Shown: positions 31,384 to 43,200 of the stretch, piece by piece | Layout of the letters: the number at the start of each line of letters is the position of its first letter | Position numbering within the stretch: the stretch's first letter is position 1 | Assembly: GCA_002269645.1 (NCBI GenBank) | Contig: NIVC01000251.1 | Location: forward strand, 558,001 to 622,000 | DNA length: 64,000 bases | Direction: 5' to 3' | DNA from: Macrostomum lignano | Lineage: Eukaryota | Translations under genes and position numbers: made by a program | Notes under the pieces: model-generated | What the model saw: only the letters and a program-made list of their open reading frames with translations | Database searches by the model: none | Told to the model about the DNA's origin: nothing

Positions 31384-33080
31384 ATCTCTGCCCACACTCG
31401 ACATCAGTCTCTGCCCACACTCTACCCCAATCTCTGCCCACACTCTACCCCAATCTCTGCCCACACTCTACCACAATCTCTGCCCACACTCTACCCCAAT
31501 CTCTGCCCACACTCTACCCCAATCTCTGCCCACACTCTACCCCAATCTCTGCCCACACTCTACCCAATCTCTGCCCACACTCTACCCAATCTCTGCCCAC
31601 ACTCTACCCAATCTCTACCCACAACTCTACCCCAATGTCTACTCACACTCTACCCCAATCTCTGTCCACACTCTACCCCAATCTCTGCCTATCCTCTACA
31701 CCAATATCTACCCACCCTCTACACCAATCTCTGCCTACCCTCTACACCAATATCTACCCACCCTCTATACCAATCTCTAACAACACTCTACCCTAATCTC
31801 TGCCCACCCTCTACACCAATCTCTAACAACACTCTACCCTAATCTCTGCCCACCCTCTACACCAATCTCTAACAACACTCTACCCTAATCTCTGCCCACC
31901 CTCTACCCCAATCTCTGCCCACACTCTACCCCAATCTCTGCCCACACTCAACCCCAATCTCTGCCCACACTCTACCCCAATCTCTACTCACACTCTACCC
32001 CAATCTCTGCCCACACTCTACCCCAATCTCTACTCACACTCTACCCTAATCTCTGCCCACCCTCTACACCAATCTCTAACAACATTCTACCCTAATCTCT
32101 GCCCACCCTCTACACCAATCTCTAACAACATTCTACCCTAATCTCTGCCCACCCTCTACACCAATCTCTAACAACATTCTACCCTAATCTCTGCCCACCC
32201 TCTACCCCAATCTCTAACAACACTCTACCCTAATCTCTGCCCACCCTCTACCCCAATCTCTAACAACACTCTACCCTAATCTCTGCCCACCCTCTACCCA
32301 ATCTCTGCCCACGCTCTACCCCAATCTCTGCCCACACTCTACCCAATCTCTGCCCACACTCTACCCCAATCTCTGCCCACACTCTACCCCAATCTCTGCC
32401 CACACTCTATCCAATCTCTGCCCACACTCTACCCCAATCTCTGCCCACACTCTACCCAATCTCTGCCTACACTCTACCCAATCTCTGCCCACACTCTACC
32501 CAATCTCTGCCCACACTCTACCCAATCTATGCCCACACTCTACCCCAATCTCTGCCCACACTCTACCCAATCTCTGCCCACACTCTACCCAATCTCTGCC
32601 CACACTCTACCCAATCTATGCCCACACTCTACCCCAATCTCTGCCCACACTCTACCCAATCTCTACCCACCCTCTACACCAATCTCTGCCTATCCTCTAC
32701 ACCAATATCTACCCACCCTCTACACCAATCTCTGCCTACCCTCTACACCAATCTCTAACAACACTCTACCCTAATCTCTGCCCACCCTCTACACCAATCT
32801 CTAACAACACTACCCTAATCTCTGCCCACCCTCTACCCCAATCTCTAACAACACTCTACCCTAATCTCTGCCCACCCTCTACACCAATCTCTAACAACAC
32901 TCTACCCTAATCTCTGCCCACCCTCTACCCCAATCTCTAACAACACTCTACCCTAATCTCTGCCCACCCTCTACACCAATCTCTAACAACACTCTACCCT
33001 AATCTCTGCCCACCCTCTACACCAATCTCTAACAACACTCTACCCTAATCTCTGCCCACACTCTACCCCAATCTCTAACA
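31384..33080. repeat. ~23-bp minisatellite CTCTACCCCAATCTCTGCCCACA with alternating variant units
   Basis: Read directly; ORFs 31317..31796, 31367..31780 and 32529..32774 are artefacts. Confidence 0.96.
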
Positions 33081-33199
33081 ACATTCGACATCAGTCTCCG
33101 CCCATGCCCACCTCGCATGCGGCCCGCGAAGTCTCTCTATCCGGCCGTCGGTTCCTTTAAAACTTCACAATAGCAATCCGATCCGCTCACGGTTTGTCT

Positions 33200-33362
33200 C
33201 TTCTCAGCTCTCTTCTCTCTGATCGCCTCTTCTCTTTTCTCTAATCTCTCCTCTCCCTTCTTCTCACACTTACTCTCCTCTCCTCTCCTCCCTCTCTACT
33301 CTCATCTCCTTTCCTCTTCCCTTCTCTCCTCTTTCCTCTCATCTCCTCTCATTTTCTCTCCT
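33200..33362. repeat. CT-rich low-complexity tract
   Basis: Read directly. Confidence 0.85.
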
Positions 33363-33830
33363 CCTTTTGAGGGGTGGAGCTATCAATGCAGCGTATTGCT
33401 TAAAATATAAAGCAATCGTAATCATGAAAATTTAATCAACGAAAAAATTAATCTGGTACTACGTAAGACAAAAATTTTATTTTTCGATCAGATTCAAACA
33501 ATATTTTAATTCAATTTTGACTAATTTCTCTCTTTATCTCAGTTGAAAATCCTTGAAACCTGTAAGTAAGGTAGTTTGAAATTATTTCAACAAAAAATTG
33601 ACGATAAAAAATGAAAAATCATGCTGTGTGAGTTGGCTATAGCTTCCAATGAGGAAATTCAGTAAAACAAATATTACCCCCACAAGCATTGAACAATTTC
33701 CGGTTGTGACACAGAAAATTAATCATTGTTTATAAAACCCTAAACTGAAAAAAAATATTCTCCCACACCAAAAATATATCTTTGAATCAAACTGGTAGCA
33801 TTAAATATCGAAAATACAGTAGATACAGCA

Positions 33831-34252
33831 ATGACCTGCAATTTCATTATATGGACAATAGTTTTATTGGCTGGCAGAGAGTCTAACGCTTATCCTGCAG
33901 TGTCGACGGATCCTACGGACAGCGATAACGTGGGTAGCGGGGCCGCTGGCGGGGGCGGCACCTTTGTGTACAGGAGCAACGACAGTCGCCTTCTGGTTGC
34001 CGCAGGCGGTGGCGGAGGATCCGCGGTGTTTTTTGACGGTGCGTTGCCATGCCAGTTTGCGCTGCCTCTGCCGATGCTGGCGGCGGTGGCGGCGGCTTCA
34101 GCGGCGGAGGCGCGGGCTCGACTCAGCAGGCGGGCGGCGGCGGCGGCGGCTCCTTCTGCTCCGGCAACGGCTGCAGCGCCACGACGGGCTGCAACACGGT
34201 TGACGCCGGCAGAGCCGTCGTGACGCCCGTCGGTCAGGAGCTGTGCATCTGA
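33831..34252 (+). CDS. Glycine-rich ALK/LTK-type domain fragment, broken by a frame change near 34030-34060
   Basis: GAAGGGGTFVY..ND..LLVAAGGGGG in one frame, then AGGGGGGFSGGG...GGGGGGSF in another. There is an acceptor CTAAC..CCTGCAG at 33900 and an alternative signal-peptide-like ATG at 33831. Confidence 0.5.
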
Positions 34253-34828
34253 TGAGGCTCAGAGTCTGTGTGATGTCAGTCAGTCAGGAGCTGTGCATCT
34301 GATGAGGCTCAGAGTCTGTGTGATGTCAGTCAGTCAGTATCTGTGAGTCTGATGAGGCTCAGAGTCTGTGTGATGTCAGTCAGTCAGGAGCTGTGAGTCT
34401 GATGAGGCTCAGAGTCTGTGTGATGTCAGTCAGTCAGGAGGTGTGAGTCTGATGAGGCTCAGAGTCTGTGTGATGTCAGTCAGTCAGGAGGTGTGAGTCT
34501 GATGAGGCTCAGAGTCTGTGTGATGTCAGTCAGTCAGGAGCTGTGCGTCTGATGAGGCTCAGAGTCTGTGTGATGTCAGTCAGTCAGGAGCTGTGAGTCT
34601 GATGAGGCTCAGAGTCTGTGTGATGTCAGTCAGTCAGGAACTGTGAGTCTGATGAGGCTCAGAGTCTGTGTGATGTCAGTCAGTCAGGAGGTGTGAGTCT
34701 GATGAGGCTCAGAGTCTGTGTGATGTCAGTCAGTCAGTAGCTGAGTCTGATGAGGCTCAGAGTCTGTGTGATTTTAATCAGTCAGGAGCTGTGCATCTGA
34801 TGAGGCTCAGAGTCTGTGCGATGTCAGT
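34233..34828. repeat. 50-bp minisatellite, ~12 copies, starting across the stop codon of the Gly-rich ORF
   Basis: Unit CTGATGAGGCTCAGAGTCTGTGTGATGTCAGTCAGTCAGGAGCTGTG(C/A)(A/G)T. Confidence 0.95.
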
Positions 34829-35491
34829 TAGACAAAAAATTTCGAACGTATGTCAAAAATATCAAATATAATACTTTTCAAGCTTGAATCTTCGCAAAAT
34901 CTTTTAAAACTTTTTATTAGATGGCTCGGTGCACAAAATTCACCGTATTAGCATTTTTAGTTGTGCCATGCACATTGTCCAGTGTACTCCAGACGACTAT
35001 GGTTTGTTTTACTACTGTTGTTCTGGCAATCTTCGAAGCACACTATGTACTTTAGAAATCTTAACCTATCTACTATATATATAGCTGATATGCTTCTTTC
35101 TGCAGCACAAATTTAGTGTCTCTAATAAAAATTCCTGTGTTTAAGGCGTCTGAATCAGGCTTGATGAAGTACCCCAGGTTCAATTCTGAATTTGTGGCTT
35201 CTTCTTTACTGAATGAGACCTCTTTACGAGCCCTACTATTAGTAGTCAGTACAAAGCATGAATTGTCAAATATATAACGTCAGAATGCATTGCGAAAGAA
35301 TTCCAATTAAATATGAGAAGAGATTTTTTATGACTTGCGGGGGCCGCAGAACAAGGGGTGGCCAGAAGGGGTAGTGTCGAAAGGCAGATCCTTCGCAAAG
35401 GGGACCCATCTAGGGGAAGTCAAGGTGGTCAAAGGCACTGCATGGGAGTCAATTGCAATCTCTACTGCCCACAAAAATGCGAGTAGTACCA

Positions 35492-36012
35492 AAAATCTAT
35501 AGGCTGTGGCGCTAAAATCTAGACTGTGGCGCTAAAATCTATAGGCTGTGGCGCTAAAATCTAATCTGTGGCGCTAAAATCTAGACTGTGGCGCTAAAAT
35601 CTATAGGCTGTGGCGCTAAAATCTAGACTGTGGCGCTAAAATCTATAGGCTGTGGCGCTAAAATCTAGACTGTGGCGCTAAAATCTATAGGCTGTGGCGC
35701 TAAAATCTATAGACTGTGGCGCTAAAATCTATAGGCTGTGGCGCTAAAATCTATAGGCTGTGGCGCTAAAATCTAGACTGTGGCGCTAAAATCTATAGGC
35801 TGTGGCGCTAAAATCTATAGGCTGTGGCGCTAAAATCTAGGCTGTGGCGCTAAAAACTAGGCTGTGGCGCTAAAATCTATAGGCTGTGGCGCTAAAATCT
35901 ATAGGCTGTGGCGCTAAAATCTATAGGCTGTGGCGCTAAAATCTAGACTGTGGCGCTAAAATCTAGGCTGTGGTGCCAAAATACAGTTTTTGGTGCTAAA
36001 ATCTAGGCTGTA
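35492..36012. repeat. 20/22-bp minisatellite TGTGGCGCTAAAATCTA(TA)G(G/A)C
   Basis: Read directly. Confidence 0.95.
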
Positions 36013-36439
36013 AAGTGTTATGCTTTGGTTGGTGGTCATGAGACGTGAGCAGCGTCTGCATACGAACCCACGGGACCGAAGCTCACCGTTGCTATATGCA
36101 ATTGCGTCACCATTTTTCAGCCTAAAGAGTTGAATATTGGAGTTAAGATTTCTTTAGTTTTAATTGCAATATATGCAGATTGGTTATCTGTCTTAGTCCT
36201 GTAATGGTCATTTTGAGTCACGACTTTCTATATATGAACAATAAATTCATTAGATATAATCTTTTATTTCTATACTATAGATGCCCCAGTAGAAATTCTG
36301 TTGAAATTTTTCTCTATTGTGATGTCACGAGCTCAATAGGGTAGAAAATTTATCGCTATGGAGATCAAACGTTACGATGTATAGGGGTCCGAAGACTTAC
36401 GAGAAAATAATTCTACTCAAATTTAGCTCCGGTGTGGCA

Positions 36440-37650
36440 TAAGAATGGCACTCCTTTAATAAGAATGGCACTCCTTTAATAAGAATGGCACTCCTTTAAT
36501 AAGAATGGCACTCCTTTAATAAGAATGGCACTCCTTTAATAAGAATGGCACTCCTTTAATAAGAATGGCACTCCTTTAATAAGAATGACACTCCTTTAAT
36601 AAGAATGCCACTCCTTTACTAAGAATGGCACTCCTTTAATAAGAATGGCACTCCTTTAATAAGAATGGCACTCCTTTAAAAAGAATGGCACTCCTTTAAT
36701 AAGAATGGCACTCCTTTAATAAGAATGGCACTCCTTTAATAAGAATGGCACTCCTTTAATAAGAATGGCACTCCTTTAATAAAATGGCACTCCTTTACTA
36801 AGAATGGCACTCCTTTAATAAGAATGGCACTCCTTTAATAAGAATGGCACTCATTTACTAAGAATGGCACTCCTTTAATAAGAATGGCACTCCTTTAATA
36901 AGAATGGCACTCCTTTAATAAGAATGGCACTCCTTTACTAAGAATGGCACTCCTTTAATAAGTATGGCACTCCTTTAATAAGAATGGCACTCCTTTACTA
37001 AGAATGGCACTCCTTTAATATGAATGGCACTCCTTTAATAAGAATGGCACTCCTTTAATAAGAATGGCACTCATTTACTAAGAATGGCACTCCTTTAATA
37101 AGAATGGCACTCCTTTAATAAGAATGGCACTCCTTTAAAAAGAATGGCACTCCTTTAATAAGAATGGCACTATTTTAATAAGAACGGCACTCCTTTACTA
37201 AGAATGGCACTCCTTTACTAAGAATGGCACTCTTTTAATAAGAATGGCACTCCTTTAATAAGAATGGCACTCCTTTAATAAGAATGGCACTCCTTTAATA
37301 AAAATGGCACTCCTTTAATAAAAATGGCATCCCATTTATAAGAATGGCACTCCTTTACTAAGAATGGCACTCCATTAATAAGAATGGCACTCATGTAATA
37401 AAAATGGCAATCCTTTAATAAAAATGGCACTCCATTAATAAGAATGGCACTCCTTCAACAAAATGGCACTTCTAAAAAATGCCTCTTCTTAAAAACATGG
37501 CCCCCGTAGATAAAAAAATGGCACCCGTAGATAAAAAATGGCACCCGTAGATAAAAAATGGCACCCGTAGATAAAAAATGGCTCCAGTAGATAAAAAAAT
37601 GGCACCAGTAGATAAAAAATGGCACCAGTAGATAAAAAATGGCACTCCTA
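36440..37650. repeat. 20-bp minisatellite AAGAATGGCACTCCTTTAAT grading into AAAAAATGGCACC(C/A)GTAGAT
   Basis: Read directly. Confidence 0.96.
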
Positions 37651-38532
37651 ATACAAAAAGCTGTCAGTAAAATCTAAAGAAATCCAGAAAGAGAGTTTGA
37701 ATCTAACAAAAACAATGAAAAATATATGATCAACTGGTCCCAGTGTAGTAAACAGCGAGCGTGTTTTCCTGGAGCAACAATGCTTCATTTCTATCTTCTT
37801 CATATTAATTATCAATGCACCTGTCATTAAATAATAACAACATGCTAAAATTTATTTATGACCCACGATTTTGAAAACACTTTACAACTATAAGCTAGCG
37901 CCTATATGCGGCCTGCTTGTATTGCAGCAAGCTCTGCGACTCTGTGTGGTTGGGGTTGGGGTTGGGGGGCGCGGTCTGCACTCATGACCGGCTGTGGATG
38001 CAGCCATTGTATGCGCGAAGCAAACACACACAGAACAGCCTATGCATGGGGACTCTTTAGTCTTTGCCTAAATATATATTTAATTTACTCGATGGCTTTT
38101 ATCTTCTTTATATAGTATGATAATAAAGGGCCAGTCTGCATGTGTTAGGATTTACCTTGCATAACCTAACTATATGCAGCCTAACTATATACAGCTTATT
38201 CAACATTGCGCGTACATAGGTAAAATTCCTGTACAACATTGCCACGGTACTCGCCCGCTGACTCATTGACTTACGAGTCAATTTGGTGTCAGAATTTACT
38301 TTCTGTTACATAACGTCTATAGTCCATATCCCCTAGACCCCCCTATAGAGATCCACTCTTATAAAGTCCATGTTAAATGTGCAATCTGACTGTTTTTTAG
38401 CTTGGATGACCTCTGTTAGTTTAGTTAGTTTGGTGCCCAATACTTCCTTTAATTTTGGCGCTCAGTAAAATCTATGGTCCCCCCTACCCCAGCTTGTGAT
38501 CCGTTATGGAAATCAATAGTTTTGCTTCAGGG

Positions 38533-39421
38533 CGACAAAATGAGTGCCTGCGGCTCTAAAATGAGTGCCTACAGCGCTAAAATGAGTGCCTGCGGCGCTA
38601 AAATGAAGGCTTTTGGCGCTAAAATGAGTGTCTGCGGCGCTAAAATGAGTGCCTTTGGCGCTAAAATGAGTGCCTGCGGCGCTAAAATGAGTGCCTTTGG
38701 CGACAAAATGAGTGCCTGCGGCGCTAAAATGAGTGCCTGCGGCGCCAAAATGAGTGCTTGCGGCGCTAAAATGAGTGCTTGCGGCGCTAAAATGAGTGCC
38801 TGTGGCGCTAAAATGAGTGCCTTTGGCGCTAAAATGAGTGCCTGCGGCGCCAAAATGAGTGCTTGCGGCGCTAAAATGAGTGCTTGCGGCGCCAAAATGA
38901 GTGCCTGCGGCGCCAAAATGAGTGCCTGCGGCGCCAAAAATGAGTGCCTGTGGCGCTAAAATGAGTGCCTGTGGCGCTAAAATGAGTGCCTTTGGCGCTA
39001 AAATGAGTGCCTGCGGCGCCAAAATGAGTGCCTGCGGCGCCAAAATGAGTGTCCCTGCGGCGCCAAAATGAGTGCCTGCGGCGCCAAAATGAGTGTCCCT
39101 GCGGCGCCAAAATGAGTGCCTGCGGCGCCAAAATGAGTGCCTGTGGCGCTAAAATGAGTGCCTTTGGCGCTAAAATGAGTGCCTGCTGTGGCGCTAAAAT
39201 GAGTGCCTTTGGCGCCAAAATGAGTGCCTGCGGCGCCAAAATGAGTGTCCCTGCGGCGCCAAAATGAGTGCCTGCGGCGCCAAAATGAGTGTCCCTGCGG
39301 CGCCAAAATGAGTGCCTGCGGCGCCAAAATGAGTGCCTGCGGCGCCAAAATGAGTGCCTGCGGCGCCAAAATGAGTGCCTGCGGCGCCAAAATGAGTGCC
39401 TGCGGCGCCAAAATGAGTGCA
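38533..39421. repeat. 21-bp minisatellite GGCGC(C/T)AAAATGAGTGCCTGC, ~42 copies
   Basis: Read directly; all ORFs in 38474-39519 are artefacts. Confidence 0.96.
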
Positions 39422-40212
39422 GGAATGTAGGAATTAGTCATGTACATGTAGAATACTTCGCTTTGTCCCTCCTCGCACCATAAAATCCGCGACGACACCC
39501 CTGCTCCTAGTATTTTCAAGTTTCCCGTTTAATATTTATAACTTTGGCGTCCTATATATTTCCTCCTATCATTGGCGCTAAAATCTAGACTGCAAAGTGT
39601 TATGCTTTGGTTGGTGGTCATCAGACGTGAGCAGCGTCTGCATACGAACCCAGGGAACCGAGCTTCCTACCCTACTCACCGTTGCGTTGCTATGCAATTG
39701 CGTCACCATAATAATTGACAGAATTATTATTTCCAATGTTTCTGTCAATTCTACCAAAGTTTGTCACAGACTCGTGTGGTCTAAGTCCCAAGTCCAAAGT
39801 TTATTGAACAAATTAAAGACTAACTAGCTAATAAAAATCTCTTCTAAAAGAAGAGGAAAAACAACTTGAAAATACACCTCAAACATAAGAAGCAAACAAT
39901 AAAACCACTTACTTCATCCAAGCCATCACACCCGTCAATAGTGAACGTGGAGGGGTTGGCGGGCAAGCCGTGACCAGAGACGCCCAATAGAAGCGGTTCA
40001 ACAATTCATTCCCATTGGCTCACGGAAATTCCACAGCCGGTCTCTTGCCTGGCTGTCCCCGTCCCCCAATTTTCTGTCTATTTTTTGCACCTGCAGAAGC
40101 AATTCTGAAGACAAAACACGATTTTGCTCAGCAATTATATTGTAAAATGAGACTGTTGTCTTTGTTCAGATGAAGCCATGAGACTGATCGAGAGCTACAG
40201 CTCCAACGAAAG

Positions 40213-43200
40213 ATGCGTCAGTATAGCGTTCTTGCTTTAAGTCTGCTTCTGGTGGGCCTTCTGCTTTTAGCAGCAGCAAGCGACGGGTTGCCTATGAGAG
40301 CAGATAAGACGAATCGAGGCGATTGCAGCCAGGTAAGACCAAGAGTTCAACTTGCTAATTTGAATAGGGTGTTGGGTGGCTCAGACAGTGAACAGAACTC
40401 ATGAAATTCTGAGCTTCCCTGAACTTGTCCGAGCGTGTCCGAGCTTGCCCGCGCTTTTTCCTATCTTTGTCCGAGCTTTTCAGCTAGAAAAAAAACTCAC
40501 TAAAGAGACAGGAACCGAACAGCTGAACTTTTGTTTCGCCGGCGCCAGAATAGAACTCAGGATTTACTCAGGGAAGGCGCCAGAATAGAACTCAGGATTT
40601 ACTCAGGGAAGGCGCCAGAATAAAACTCAGGATTTACTCAGGGAAGGCGCCAGAATAAAACTCAGGATTTACTCAGGGAAGGCGCCAGAATAAAACTCAG
40701 GATTTACTCAGGGAAGGCGCCAGAATAGAACATGAACTCATGGAAGGCGCCAGAATAGAACTCATGGAGGGCGCCAGAATAGAACATGAACTCATGGAAG
40801 GCGCCAGAATAGAACTCAGTGAAGGCGCCAGAATAGAACTCATGGAAGGCGCCAGAATAGAACTCATGGAAGGCGCCAGAATAGAACTCATGGAAGGCGC
40901 CGGAATAGAATTCATGGAAGGCGCCAGAATAGAACTCATGGAAGGCGCCACAATAGAACTCATGGAAGGCGCCAGAATAGAACTCATGGAAGGCGCCAGA
41001 ATAGAACTCATGGAAGGCGCCAGAATTGAACTCATGGAAGGCGCCAGAATAGAACTCATGGAAGGCGCCACAATAGAACTCATGGAAGGCGCCAGAATAG
41101 AACCCATCGAAGGCGCCAGAATAGAACTCAGGATAGGCGCCAGAATAGAACCCATCGAAGGCGCCAGAATAGAACTCATGGAAGGCGCCAGAATAGAACT
41201 CAGGGAAGGCGCCAGAATAGAACTCATGGAAGGCGCTAGAATAGAACTCATGGAAGGCGCCAGAATAGAACTCATGGAAGGCGCCATGCAGATTAAAAGT
41301 CGCCAAAAAGAAACCCCAAAATGGATCGAAGCCTTTTTCAACCAAGCAGAAAAGCAGAATTAGTCAGTTTAAAAATAGCGCATGACTCTAGCTAAAGTGA
41401 TTCAGTAATTCAATGATTCAGTCCACTCTGCTTAAATTAAAACTTCAGCGAACCAGCAAGCCCTGTCTTTCTCAATGTGGAAAATCCCCTCCGCCACGGG
41501 CTCAAGTGCCGATTTGGGAATTTAAGAGAATTGGGAAGAAATTATACCCCAGTGCAAAACACTTGACTGTATAACGCAGCCAAAAGACTGCGCAACAAAA
41601 TCTATAAGTCGACCTCTTTAAGCTAATTCCCTCCCATTATTTCGTTAAGCACTGCCATTCCCAATCCCCATGGGAGTTTTTTCTGGCGGGGAGGAGAGGG
41701 TCGTTTGGGAATCGACCCTAACACATTATATACAGAATCTATAGTTAGGGCGAAAGCGGTCCACCAACACGCGAAGGAAATAAAAAGTGTCCTTGAACGG
41801 GACCGGTGAGTCGCCTTTTGGGCCTTGACTGGCAGCTGTCACTCAACCCCGGCCGTCCCCGGGGAGGGAGCCTCGTGCATCCTCTATAGACTCTCCTCGC
41901 TTTTGGTCCAGAAATTTTGAGCGCCAGTTGCACGCGGGGCCGGGGCGAAAGCGCATATACAGCTTGTTGAAGAAGTCCGTCTGGCCCCCGGCTTTTATTT
42001 CTTTCACTTCCTCTCTCCATGGCCTACCGGACGCCAGGGCCGGACACTGCGGGACTGCAGCTTAATTGTTCTTCAATTCTCATGGCGCCCCGCCCTGTCC
42101 TACCACTTCAAATCAACTCAGGCCTCATACAGACTCTCTGCTCGTAGCCTCTTTCTCCTATCTCTCTGCCAGACTGTGACGTCACAAAATGAGACTCATA
42201 TTGAGACTGCAATGCGAAATCTGAGTGGACTTCAACTTTCAAGGCTCTTAACTAAATCCAAGTTGGTCCTATATGTATGGTATATGAGTAGTGCTTGCGT
42301 CATCTGCTTCAATTCACATCGGGCAAGTAAAGAAGACGCCTCTGCATGCGTGCTGAGAAGGCACTACTACTGAACATTGGACGCAGCACCGAAAATACAT
42401 GTACCCTTATGCCTAATGTTCGATAACACAATGGAAGAATCTCATGACGTCCACGATGCACCATGGATGACGTCCCGAATGCACCATGGATGACGTTCCG
42501 AATGCACCATGGATGACGTCCCGAATGCATCATGGATGACGTCCCGAATGCACCATGGATGACGTCCCGAATGCATTATGGATGACGTCCCGAATGCACC
42601 ATGGATGACGTCCCGAATGCACCATCGATGACGTCCCGAATGCATTATGGATGAAGTCCCGAATGCACCATCGATGACGTCCCGAATGCACTATGGATGA
42701 CGTCCCGAATGCGTCATGGATGGCATATTGAAGGCACCATGGATGACGTCCCGAATGCACCATGGATGACATCCCGAACGCACCATGGATGACGTCCCGA
42801 ATGCACTATGGATGACGTCTCGAACGCACGCACAAATGATGTCATGGCGTGACATGACATCATGACGAACCCTAACAGTCCTCAAGACGCTCTATTGCAG
42901 TCGATAAACTGCCACTCCGTCTTTTAACCAACCGTTCACACCTGCAGAGATCATCCATACAAGATTACATATAGAGCAGCTGCATGTCAAATTGGGACAG
43001 TCAAATGTCGTGGACCCAACAAGCCACAGCCAGTCCAAAGATTCTAAAACGAATATTGTACCGCCAACGGCCAGCACACATCAAAACTCGGGTAACTCTG
43101 CGACAGCGACCCTTCTTCTTCGCGTCGTCCCTCAAATCCACAGACCACCAAAGCTGATCTATAGCAGCTGTCGTAAACAGACACATATCAACTTACAACT

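Noticed and set aside
34249-34828. Hammerhead ribozyme in the 50-bp repeat (CTGATGAG core)
   Set aside because: The required GAAA after stem II and the pairing for stems I and III are absent.
34960-35470. Possible minus-strand exons (35470-35340, 35260-35130) upstream of the 30.6-31.0 kb gene
   Set aside because: Open frames exist, but donor and acceptor phases could not be reconciled.
37948-37969. (TTGGGG)3 as an interstitial telomere
   Set aside because: Only three units, and not the TTAGGG expected for most animals.
41745-42020. NKSRGPDG resembling the LINE RT N-terminal K.PGPDG motif
   Set aside because: No downstream RT motifs are recoverable; at best a heavily decayed fragment.
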